This document shows positions 1 through 12,032 of a stretch of DNA of 64,000 nt, piece after piece (position 1 is the stretch's first letter; every line of letters begins with the position of its first letter). Below the pieces are notes generated by a model, which was not told the DNA's origin, did not search any database, and was given only the letters and a program-made list of their open reading frames with translations. The stretch is from positions 1,488,860-1,552,859 of the forward strand of contig OZ316893.1 of assembly GCA_973895155.1 (NCBI GenBank), in the 5' to 3' direction. Made by a program: the position numbers and the translations under genes. Origin of the DNA: Marsupella aquatica (taxonomy: Eukaryota > Plantae > Marchantiophyta).

Positions 1-2105
1 CAACGTTGAAGGAAGATGTGAAAGGCACCGTAAAAGTATCTGAGTCCACTGAGAAATCCACCCCTCTGATGACACAACCAACAGAGAAGAAGACACGCAA
101 GCGACCCTCTCGGTGGGATGCACCAGCTAGGGTAGAGAAAGCTAGCAAGGGCCTTTCAGATCCTTCAGCAAGTACGAACCAGTCTGTTGCTCAGGGTGTT
201 GGTTCAGGACAGCAGGCCACGTTTCCTGTTGCTCATGTGTCTCAAGGATCTGTGCAAGTGTCATTCGATGGTTCTAGACAAATCGCAGGTCAAGCACCAT
301 CCGCAGCACCTCAGGCTCTCAAACAGGCGGGTGGGCCGCCAGTGCCACAGTCGGTGTGGCCTTTCTCAACGTCCAGTGTCTTCCAGGATTCGACTGGGTT
401 GCCAAGTGGTGGGATGGTAGGGCAGCTACAAATGGGTGCGAGGGACACAGGGTCAGGGCTGCACCATCCCCACACACAACTTTTACAAGGTACGCCTTCT
501 ACACAACATATACCGGCTGCACCGACAATGCAGATGGGTCTTCCTTTAACTCATGGGGGCCTCCAACAAGCACCTAATTCAAACGCCATTCAATTTGGAC
601 CACCTCCCCTACCAGGCAGAGGTTTTCCACGAGGTCCTTCAATGCAAATGGGGCCTGGAGGAGCGTTAGCACAAGGTGTGCATGGATCAACTCAACTGGT
701 CCCCATGGGAGCAGTGCCTGCAGCTCCAGGCTACCCACGGGAACCGAGACCTCCACCAATGCCACCGATTGCAACTTACGGCCAGTGGCGACCACCACCT
801 GGAGCTCCAAACTTTGGGGTTGCACACGCCTTCCCAGGTGATCGATCTCAAATGCACCCGATGCAATTGGCATGGCCGCTCCAGAGGGTTGATGATGGGG
901 CTCAAATAATGTCAGGCTCGGACGAGGTCAAAAGGAACGCAGGAGATGCAGATCCTGAACCACCAGTACCTGGTCTTTCTCCAAGACCGCGACCACCGGG
1001 AGAAGGATCAACGGCTATGGTCTGGACTGACTCTGGTTCTCATAGTGTCCAAGAGTTCAACGACTTGGCTGATAGGGGATATTACCAAGCGCAGTGGATG
1101 CCACCACAGTACATGCAGGGACAGGGAACTAATCAGGAGTATTATGGTTCAAGAGATCCTTATACTAGAGATGCAACGTGGGGCTACCCTTGTGGGGAGT
1201 ATTGGGAAACTCCAGAGGCGGAAGGGTTCAGAGAAGATGTAAGCTCCATACCGTGTCGTTGAGCAATGTAAATTTAATGCATCAATCTGACATCAGAAAA
1301 TTTTCTCACCGCGCGGGATGCTACTGTGTGCAGGTCTTTGCCTTGGTGTCAATGCGGGTTCACAAGCATCATAAGGTAAATACTTTGACCGTAGTAGGAA
1401 CGTTTAAAGCGGACACTGGCTCAGATTCTAGCTTTTATCGTGATCAACGCTTCAAAAGGGTCTCTGCAATTCATAAAGTTACTTAAGTGCGAATTTGTTT
1501 GGGGGTTTTGATGAAACGAAGACATCTCTAAACGTAGCTACATCAGAATGTGTGGAGTGCTCATCACTGCCTAGCAAGGAGCCTTACGCTGTAATGGTCG
1601 TTCGAAAGGTAACATGTTGACTTTCAGAAAGTAGACTACCTGGGTTGCAACTTTTGAGTCCCAATTTGTGAACTGGAATGCTTCTCTTACAATAACTGAC
1701 CTTCCACTTACATTGCAGCTCCGGACAAGAGATTTGGACAGGTTCTGCAGCAAATTGGCTGATGTCATTGTGAGGAAAGAAATCGCGAAATACATTGAGC
1801 ACAGAAATCAGGTATTCTAAATGTTAATCTAACATGTTTCGAAGTGTTTGTATCTACGTTGGTGATTGACATTTGCAAGCACTGGAATAAACTTTCTGGG
1901 TAAGTTATAGATTTTGAAGCTGGCTTTGGTAACCGGTTTTTTTCCAACATCTGGAGACCGTTAAAGTTGGTTTCTCATGTTCCCATGCCTGCAGGGGATT
2001 GAGAAGATCATAGTTAAGACCAAACTTATGGAGAAGGTGGACTCTTATGTTGATAATCAAGTGGGGCTGTATTTAAAGAAAGTTGACAAGAGCCACAGAG
2101 GTTAG
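1..2105 (+). CDS. 3' part of a probable Set2-type histone methyltransferase (ASHH2/SDG8-like) with a C-terminal SRI-like domain; exons <1-1238, 1334-1375, 1719-1811, 1995-2105
   Basis: A long P/G/Q-rich ORF contains RKRPSRWD, which resembles the ASHH2 RKRKSRWD motif. Phase-0 GT/AG introns (1239-1333, 1376-1718, 1812-1994) join it to FREDVFALVSMRVHKHHK/LRTRDLDRFCSKLADVIVRKEIAK/...KLMEKVDSYVDNQV...HRG*, which resembles the SETD2 SRI helices. The SET domain is outside the window, so the identity is inferred. Confidence 0.6.
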
Positions 2106-5100
2106 ATCTTTTGAAGGTAAAGTAAGCCATGAACTACAGATTTTGCCGGAGGTAAACGGGTCAAGCATTGTTCGTTGTGCTGTAGCTAGGAAAACCATTC
2201 TTTCAATAAGCAGGTGTCCAAGAAGACATGCCTGTAGAACAAGTGGTCCGTCAGTCGCAGAGTAACGTGGGCTAGTGGTCCCGAGGTGTGCTCTTGTCAA
2301 TAGCCACGTAAATCTACTAAGCGATTTTGCTGGATTCTGGCTTGGCTGCTTGAGGGGTAGTTATAAAGACAGTTTCCTGCCAGTCTGGGACTGGATAATC
2401 AAAGACCATATCCTACCTGACCGGTGAATAGCACTTGTAAATATTTAGTGCAAACTGCGCTTTGGGTTGGTCTTAAACTTCCTGGACCAGCAATTAGTCT
2501 AATCTTCCAGAGGCTTAGATTGTAAATGTGAAAGAAACGTGCAGAGTTGAAACATTGTAGATTTTACAATTAGCTGGTAGTCTCTTGGGAGAGTTGCAGT
2601 TGATCGTATGGACGCTGCCAAGAGCTTATTTCAGCTGATTGGTGTCCTATAATGAAGCTCCAAATTTTGGAAGTATTTGCGTTTAGTCTGGAAAACTGGC
2701 AACACAATGTTGGAGGTTTAACTAGCTAAGTTGCGTGAAGGTAATGGAAAGGTTGGTTTGTTGGGAACTAGTCAAACTCAGTTGTGAGGATAGGACATAG
2801 TCGCCTCAAGGGCTGTTGGTATGACCTTGTTTGAGAATTGGCGTGCATCGAACGATCATGAGAATGCATGGAAGAGTTAAGTGATGGAAATACCTTATTT
2901 TGTGTGTCAGCGTGTGAATATCCAACTCTGAGGATCAGAACATCTTTTTAAGAATGTCTGTTCGTCTGGACTACTTCATGTTTTAGGACATCAGAGCCCT
3001 GAAATTCCAACACTCCGTGTGAGATGATCTCAATTGGCCTCTAGTCATAGAAATTATCTGAATTGGAGACTACGAGAGTAAGTTCTACTGTTTCTTTCCT
3101 CTAGTCCTCAGGGTTTGGAATCTACGAAGTTCGCATGTCGACTTGAACACGTTTGCTCATCCAATCCAAAACTGCAGCCCTGGAAAGTAGAAATTGTGAG
3201 TATCTTGACCTGCGTGTAGAGGTTGCGCGCTCGTTGTGACGTATTGTACTGTGTTATCCTCGCCCAACAAGGTCCTCAACCAATCACTGTGTCTTGGCTG
3301 GATATAATTTTGTGTAATAGTTGTATTATTTACAGTGGCGCAGAATCGAGCTAAAGCTGGGACTAGAAGTACTTTTCCCTGTTTTTGAATCCAATAGTCC
3401 ACTTAGTTTTTCTCAACCCAGGTAAGTACTATCGAAGAGTGGACTTGTTCAAGGTTAATCTACTTATATTACTCAGACCAAGAGAAATTACTTATGGTCC
3501 ATACTGTTTCAACCATCTGCACGCGGGTCTAGAGTCTAGACCTGTCAATTGGGATTGCAAACTTAAATTAGAAAGGAGAATGACTAGTATGACTAGTTAG
3601 ACTACATTGCAATAGGCTGAAATGGTTAACCTCAATGTGCTGATGAAAAATATTACCAGGTAATATGTGGATTCTGTGCTGGGATCAATTGTGCCAGCAA
3701 CTTATCTCATGTTGTATGTGATCAAATTGAAATTGTGTCCATAAATCTGTCGAGACTATATGGGTCTAGTATTGTAGTCCACTGGTCGCTGGATCTGATA
3801 CTATCAAGTCGGGATCTGATACTTCAAGGAACCTCGGCAATTAAAATTTAGCTGGAACACTTGTAAGAGAATTACTTCGATCCATGACACAATTAAACAT
3901 ATGGCTTTTCGAAGAGTCGTAAGCTTTGATGGAAATTTCATATCGGATGGGAATACGAATGAAAACCAATTTTTGCCTCTAATATTTTGTCAAATCATGC
4001 ACCTTTGTATATTCCATGCAAGCCTTAGATTCCTACTGGAGCCAAAGACTTGAGAGGGAGATCTCACTCGAACTTATAGCTCAAGTTTGGAAGTTAGATG
4101 CTTGCATATGTTCCCACGAGGACGGGACCTCAGTCCAGATCTTTAATGTTGGATATGATCTATAACCTCGTCTCAGATCTTTTGAAACATGCAGCTGACT
4201 TAGTTGACGGATTTAGAATCGAGGGCTACTGGTTAGAATCTGTCTGAGTTTAACAGTTGAATGGATATCCCATCCAGGTGTTGACGATGGTAGATTGCAC
4301 AAAACATGAACAAACTCTCTCAGGCTTTGGACTTTTTTCTGATCTGCTAAGCAAGCCTGGCGCAGACATTCACGAGACTGAGTGCTTCACACTGTGCTTC
4401 ACATTCTCACTGCCTGCTGTCCTGTATTCCGTAGTCCTTCGTAGAATTGGGCCAGCCAGGGAGGGACCGGCTACTGAAACAGAGTGAGGCACAGTCAACT
4501 ATCTTGCAGCATGCACCCAGACCTTTTTCACAGGATGCAGAACTTATTAAAGTAAAGGTTTTACTGAGTAGTTTGATGCTCCTTGACCTATTCGTCAATG
4601 CTCAGATAGAAGTCTTACCAGCTACAGCACAGCTCTTGGTTCGGTCAGTTTGCAGATCGATAGAGTTTCCACAAAATTTACTGAATGCTCGTCGTTTTAT
4701 GAAAAAGCCGAAGGGGATCGATGGAGCTAGCAGCTGTGCATGTTTCTGATTTTGAACGGCAAAAGACCGTTCAAGAATGTCGTACTCCATGTCCGCTTTT
4801 CCACTTTGACTCCACATATTTGCGTACCTGGTTTTACTTGTGGTTCTCCCAAAATTCCTTGTATTGATCACAAATTTCTCGAATGATATTCTCTTAAAGA
4901 AAACACGGGTTGAACCATTCAACCAGGCCCATTCAATTGCATGACTCCAAAACAACGTCATTCCTTCTTTCTTTCCTTCGTACTTGTACCACCCTGTTCC
5001 TGTCGCTGACATCACACCACGATGTGTGGTATAGTATACTGGATCAAGTGGATGATCTGAATAAGATCGCATATAGAAAATTGGATTAAAGATTCTTTAA

Positions 5101-6201
5101 ATTCAAGACGTCATGAAACTTGGCCGTGGAAATAGGTAAAAGGGTTGGCGGGCTCTCAGTGACCCATTGACAAATCGCGAGCCAAACCGAATCTCGCAGA
5201 AATTGTTAATTTAAGATGCGTTCCTCCACTTTGACGCTCCACGGATCTGCGTAGTTGGGTCATTGTAAGGTGCGAGGAAACAGTAAAAAATTTACTCGCA
5301 CCGGAACATTTTGTCGTCCATATATGCAAAATATGGCATGATTATCACCTCGCTAGCCTGACTTGGAACTCGCTAGGACAAAAACAACCTTTCAAAAACA
5401 GAAAAATGAGTGTTCCACTCTATAACGAAACCTACCGTGGATGGCACATTTTTACATATCACGTATTTCACGCACAACTGTCCACTTAAAGACCCTATAA
5501 GTGACCATCATCATGGAACGTACGTCAGGCCAGCGAAATCGCTAGCAATCGGGACACCCATAATTCTTACACGAACTTTGTGGTGCGGTCGTTAAGGACG
5601 TGAATAAATCATAATGATAATGGACAAGGAATAATGTCCTTTGACTTAAACAATCTCGGGAGCGCATCGAAGGATAGGATCCAAAGCTTCATCCGGCCAC
5701 CAAGCGTGAGATGCGCAACAGACAAGATCTAAGAACACCCAACATACAAGATCCCAATCCGTTGGGAAGGATCTCCCGCTATCCACCATCCCCTATATCT
5801 TACTCGCACCTTCAGAAACATTTCCATTCATTCCCTTTCGGCCATTCTGCCGGGCTCTCATTGTGCTCGACGCTTACTTGAAGCGCGATTCTCTTGTTGT
5901 CTTCTCGGGTGTCGAAGCCCTTTCGTGACTTCTGCTACTGTCGTCGAGGCTACTGTCATCCCGACTACTGTCGCTACTGTTGCCGAAGCATTACATCGAG
6001 CTCCTGGTTGATCACAAGGAGCATACATTTGCCAGTTGGATTCGGATCGAGGTATCCCCGTTCTCTCTCATATGTTTTCCACCTGCAGTTTGGTATTCTC
6101 TCAGGTACTCGTTGTCATTCGCTTTCTTGTTTGTCAACATAAGTAGACTTTTCGTAAGATTGCAAGTAATCTGATCGCATTTGTTTTTGTTTCAGGGAGA
6201 A

Positions 6202-7006
6202 ATGGCACGGAACGAGGGTGGAGCTGCTCCTAACTGGGTTCTGGAAGTTCGGCGATATAACGCCAAAACTGACGGTCCACTCGATTCACCGCCAAGGTCC
6301 ACCGAATCAAAGCAGACTCAGAACACTGTCGACAAAGTGAAGAAGAGTACATCTCCTTCCAGTCGCAAGGCTCCCGTCGTGTCTAAGGACTACAAGGTGG
6401 CCGCACCTTGTAAGGAGACATTGACGAAGGCGGTCTCCCAAACACCATCAGGTCAAGTGCAAGCTAGAGGGGTACTGAAAGGATCTCCATTTTCTCCACC
6501 AAAAGGACATAGGTCCTTGGTAAAAGCAATCACTAGAGGACAAAAAGACCAAAATGTTACATGGAATGGCCAGGATTGTTTTGGTGAGATTGAAAGGTAA
6601 GATCTTGTTTGCCAAATCTTTGGAAGTGTGTCCACATATTTCGGAATTTAAGAAGAGTGCCCAATCTTTTTGGAAGTGTGCACAATCTTTTTGGAAGTGT
6701 GCCCAACCTTTTTGGGAGTGTGCTCAGCTAAATCTTAATGACATTTATACTCCTTTCACTCTCCTTTTTGAGCTAGTCCTTGGGGACTCCTTTGGTACCC
6801 CTCTAGCTTGCTTTTGACCATCATCTTCTCGCTCGAAAGCCCCTGTCTGTAAGGGTGTATCAGAGAAGTGCAAGAGAAAAGAGGAGGAGTCATACTGGAG
6901 GGACCGCGAGATCCACAACAATTGGACGGAAAACATCCTCGCTTCCTTCGACTATGATACAGTCTCCGACTTTGACTCCGACGCGTACAAGGCAGCGAGC
7001 CCTTGA
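6202..7006 (+). CDS. Small S/P/K-rich MULE accessory ORF of unknown function (exon 6202-6596, probable second exon ~6778-7006)
   Basis: ATG just after a TTTCAG acceptor (6195); GTAAGA donor at 6597; downstream frame ...KRKEEESYWRDREIHNNWTENILASFDYD...SP*. No recognisable domain, and splicing of exon 2 is uncertain. Confidence 0.4.
6611..6723. repeat. 21-bp tandem repeat (GCCCAATCTTTTTGGAAGTGT), ~4 copies
   Basis: Units visible at ~6611, 6659, 6680 and 6701, within the putative intron of the accessory ORF. Confidence 0.8.
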
Positions 7007-7558
7007 ATAGAAAACAATAACCATAGTCCATCTTGTAGGGGCATAGACATTTTGTATACTGAGTCTATTTCCTGGACCTGGGATCTGCAAAGCGTTATTC
7101 GACATTTCATGTCGAACAGAGTTGTATGAAAGAACATCTTTGTTCATTTTGCAATTACAGCTTGAGAAGTTTTACGATTGCAATGTTTCGACTTGTCCTA
7201 TTATTGCTAGCGACATTGCTAGTAGAACTATACATGACTACGATGATTTGTTTTCTCGCATGTATATCCAAAAACCAATTGCAACACATGAGTTATTGAA
7301 CTCTACGTTATGTAGAACTTCGTCGAAAAGAAACCGTTTACCAAAAACCTTATACTTTACTTCACGGGTTTAATGCCAGCGACCTCGCTAGCAAAATAAA
7401 CACTAATGCCGATACGTATTGAATAGTACTAGACCCTCGCTAACATTGCATACACAATATAATTAGTGAGGTGGAGGACCTTCCACTGTTCTAAAAACCA
7501 GAAGGCGACAAAATTAGGGACGCTGAAACGTTCACCTCAACGGATAATAGAGATTAAG

Positions 7559-10500
7559 TCAACTGCACTGCAACAAAATCAAACTCCTCACTTCAGCAAT
7601 AGTCAAAATTGGCTGCTTCACAAGATCGTCTCTCTCTAGATTCAGTGAGAACTTGTTTAAGTACACCCACAGGAGGTGTTTACAAGACATGTAGGGTCTT
7701 CCTCTTGCGTGTCTCTTCTAGAAGTCATCACATGAGCAAGAAGGAAAGCAACACACTTGGACCCAGTACTCGTGTGCAATTTTAGAATCTGTCTCGTGAG
7801 TGACGATAAGATATTGCCATCCCCACCCATTTCCAAGGCACATCTTCTCACTTCCAATGACTCTCATATGTTTGTCAGTCGCAGATCGAATGCGTTTGAG
7901 AAGCTCCGGGGTGTTCTGGAAATGTTGACGAACGCCTTTCCCATTCCGGGTCTTGAATCTACGGTTTGGAAAACCAATGTGAACTCTTTCTGGGAAGGAG
8001 TTCACATCAATTTGGAGGTCAACACGATTTGGAGAGGAGAATGACCCGATCGGTGCTGGATCAGAGTATGATAATCCTCTGATTTTAATCCCATTTTGAA
8101 AAAGAAAGTCAATCTCTGTTGGGGTCAGCCTGGTCCCACGCTGGACCTGCAATGCCTCAGGTGGTTCCGGAAGCTGGGCAAGAGTCCTTCTGCCACCTGT
8201 TTTATGGCACCTATTATTCAGACAGAAGTACAGAAGCTGATGATGTGGAGATGACAACCTCAATCCGTGAATGGCAACACCAACCACTCCAACCCGGAAT
8301 GCCTTCATTCCAATTTCTTTGATGAGATTCCTGCACTCATCTCTTCCAAACACACTTTGGTCCACTCGTCCATTGCAAACAGGTCCACTCCCTTTTCCAC
8401 TCCGCCTCAAGTGCCAGGTCCCATACGTCACATCAACCTCTTCAACAAAAGGGATCCTTTGGGGTGCATCCTGAATTTCATCCCGATTATTTTGAGGAGT
8501 TGTGGTATTTCTCCAACGTAGTTCGGGTCCTGTGTTGCATCTCCATGGCTTAGTTCTTCACCATCATCTGATATATTTATAACTTCATGAGGAAGAGGAG
8601 GTCTATGGCAAGTGGGATTGTCTTCATCGTCAGGAAAGTCTGAAGGTCCACCAATATCAGAAGCACCGCTGAAGTTACCAAATTATGTGTAAAGATTTCT
8701 TCTTTTCAAACTAGACAGCGACGCCACTGTGTGCAATATCTTATCATGTCAATGAGAATCGTTTTCATGAATAGAAGCAGAAGCACTACCCTTCCTTTTT
8801 CCTAACGTTGTTCTAAGATCTCCATGTAAAGGCACAGTTCTATAAAACTCATATTTTCCAGAGGATTCAAATAGTAGATTGGATGCCTTCTCATAGGCAT
8901 CCAAAGACCCCATTTTATCTGCATTTTTGAAGGCCAGCTCAAATATTGTAGGACCATTGCCACAATGACACCCTTCCAAGTATGCAGTGAACGCTGCAAT
9001 CTGTCCAACTGCTCGATTCTGGTCAACTTCACAGGCTTGCATCAAACCAATTTTCTTCTTCGGCTGGCAGGAACGCATTGATGCGTGAGCAGATTCAGCT
9101 CCCGCACAGTTTGGCATCACAGCAGACTCCTTTGCAATTTGCGTCTGAAAAATGAACAGAGTTAACACTTGTATTCACTAGCGATATGTCTATTTTGAGG
9201 TAGTCTCATGTTTAAGTCTGTGACCAAAATACCTTTACGAAAAGAAGTTTTATGGCCTCGTTTATGGCTAGCGATCTCGCTAGCTTAAATGCATCACAGA
9301 AAATAGACCGTTACTTACCACCCGAATAAAGTTACCCCATTGTCTCCAACGCACAACCCACCATGAAATCCTCCCTTGTAGTGATTTAAGCTTGGAAGGG
9401 TGACAATTCCCTTCTTTCCACCATTTTTGAATGTCGTTGGCTATATGATATGCTTCGACATATGTTGGAGCAATTCTTAACTTCTCCCACATCTTATAGT
9501 GCTCCGCATGACATCCCTCCTTGATCCCCTCCAAGTGTGTCTTCTGAGGGATTGAGAGAAATGGAAAGCATCACTATGCTCTTTCAAAGGATTTTTGACA
9601 CCCCCAAAAAATACCCTTTGCACAGCAATCCAGCCAGCCTCCGCATTGTCTGCTATGAATCCTCCAATAATGGGATTATGGACTCCATTCTTGGATGCGA
9701 CATCTACCATTAACCTCCACGCAGTTTCTTCGGCTCTCAACTCGCAAGTGAAAATTGTACATAGATCGAGCGCGGTAATTATGGTCATACACGTGTGCGC
9801 TAAAGGTCAACCATCCAGTAGTGATACGATGCATCACATCAAAACTCACCCAAGAACCTTCCAATACTCCTCCAGACTCCATGCTCCTCAAAATTTCCAC
9901 ACCCGATCCAGGACCATTTGTACTCATTTTGAATACACGCGCTCGATCATTTCTGTTTCCTTGACCAGGAAATAGGTACCTCTGCACGAAAGGAAAATTA
10001 TTACGTGATTGCATTTCACGAAGTGAGTCAAGTTCTCCTTTTTTGGGATTATCCATCTTCACACTGCGAAGAATAGCTTGGAACTTTGGAGCAGTGGAAA
10101 CCACTCCGATTGAACTCCAAATTTCTTGTTGTTCTTCTCTCGACAACTGAGCCGATGATTCTGGATGCAATAGGGAGATGTGCAGGAGTTGAGACTGGAT
10201 TCAACCTATGGACCCCTAAAACAACATCTTCCGTTGTTTTTGCAGAACGAGATTTTCCCTTCCAAATGGGGTGATCGTGGAATCCCATATGCACAGCCAA
10301 TCTGGACATATGCATTGAAATAGAACTCTCCAAACCTGGCTTAGGGTATACATACAACAGTTTTGCCGGGCAATCTCAAATTCAAAAAGGCCTCTTTTCA
10401 CAGAAGCCACAGACAAGTCCGCCCTCACTCACTTGCTCTCCAAGACAAGAGATGTCAGTCAGCAACCCTTTCCCTTTGAAAGTGCAATCATTTTTCACTC

Positions 10501-11345
10501 CAATATGTTTCAACTTCCGGCAACCCAAATTATGGCATTCCAAAACGCCAGCGCAATGAACTTTCGACACAGCCCAATGAAACCTTGGGTTCAAATTTGC
10601 AGATGTAGTCACGAGTCTTGTCCAAGGATAGCCATCCTTCTCTCAATCCATATCTTGGAGACCTCCTCTCCGCCCGCCCCCCTCGACTAGAGGAAGTTCA
10701 AAAACAATGTTACCATTGTATGTCGATGGTAGACTCGAAACCTGATATTCATTCCATTGATTCCCTCTCCTAAATTGTGCAAGTTCACTTGCTCCACTGA
10801 TATTGAGAAAAGTGTCATAGGCACTCATCCGATACACTGTGGTCATGCTATCCCTAGTCCTTTGAATCAAATTTGTCGCTAACCCTTCGGGTTTGGAACC
10901 ACCTCCTAACTTCACCGAACCACAAGATGTGTCTTGTCTTATACTCTCTAGAGATTTTTCAATGACCTTGGGAGCTCTGTCTTTGGGAGGTGTCCCAAGA
11001 TCAATCACAGGAGTTAATTTGATGAACGGGAGCTAAATCCACCGGTTCCAGAATGACATCAGGAAAACCATCTTTACTGGACAGAACCTTGACACAAGAT
11101 CCAACCTTCTGCGTCCAGACCTTGCCGGAAGTACTAGTGTCCTCTCTCAACTCGTGACTCCGTGGCCCATTTTGAGAATACAACTCAAACAACTTCATGA
11201 TGAGGTCATCTTTTGGAATTCCAAAACGAGTTACAAGGAATGACTTTGTCACCCTCACCTCCGACGAACCAGGGGTACTTGGGAGTACCACCACATCTCC
11301 CATGATTCTACGCTCCAAAACCACCTTGGAATTCATCGACATCAT
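7559..11345 (-). pseudogene. MULE transposase: WRKY/GCM-like Zn-binding N-terminal region, DDE core and C-terminal SWIM finger; frameshifted with in-frame stops
   Basis: Fragments SKVHCAGVLECHNLGC..C..H; SFDVMHR..WLTFSAHVYD; GFIADNAEAGW; SDAFHFSQSL; AESAHAS (third acidic residue); SWIM CSCDDF*KR..YMSCKHLLW at 7660-7740. Intron 9145-9318 (GTAAGT..TTTCAG). Confidence 0.8.
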
Positions 11346-11525
11346 CTCTTCTCAGAATACAAAAATACAACAACTATGTTTTGAATCGTCCATACGACTC
11401 TTATTTGCAAGACCAAAACTTTGTTCATCCCAATGGAAACAACAAATCGACCATATTGTTAGTCAATTCCCGTTGATTTGACCGTTATTTTGTCTTTTAC
11501 TCAATGTATTAGGGACGGGTCCCAT

Positions 11526-11543
11526 GCTAGCGATCTCGCTAGC
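11526..11543. promoter_or_regulatory. 18-bp palindrome GCTAGCGATCTCGCTAGC between the divergent transposase and ParB-like genes (representative of a dispersed motif)
   Basis: Identical copy at 9267-9284; variants at 5529-5546, 7206-7223, 7375-7392, 11624-11641 and 12791-12808. A binding function is inferred, not shown. Confidence 0.55.
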
Positions 11544-12032
11544 TTGGTTTTGCTAGTTTTTTGACAATGAAACAAATCGTTGATTTCACCTCTTTTTAAG
11601 GATATCTGTGTCATTGCTTTTATGCCAGCAATATTGCTAGCTAGCCAAAAAGTCAACTGATTTTGACAAAGTTTACCGTTAGGATTCCGTTGGGAATAGT
11701 CAACGGGTACCATAATTTCAACGGTAAAAATTACAGCTGACACCTGGAGCATTTTGTATGGATAAGATTATCCCAGTCATGAAGGTTGTTCTTCGAGTTT
11801 TCCAAAAAGTACAACCAGTGGTCTTTGCTAGGAGATTTTTGTTATTCCTTCCATTGTACTGTCGATCATTTCAGTATTCACTATCGTAACTCTGTAAGGC
11901 TTTGTTGGGAGTTCGTAACAATTTGTACGGCTGTCCTAATTCTCCAAAAGGAGGTGCTGTGTGGACATTTTTCACGCGTGCAACTGCTGCAATCTTCGGA
12001 CATGAGCACTCTTCTCCAAAGGGTTTTATTTC

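Noticed and set aside
1239-1262. ORF-track end VSSIPCR* as the true C-terminus
   Set aside because: GTAAGC at 1239 is a donor, and in-phase downstream exons continue the protein.
2400-3050. Possible LINE zinc-finger remnant
   Set aside because: Only short, out-of-order motif hints and no continuous frame.
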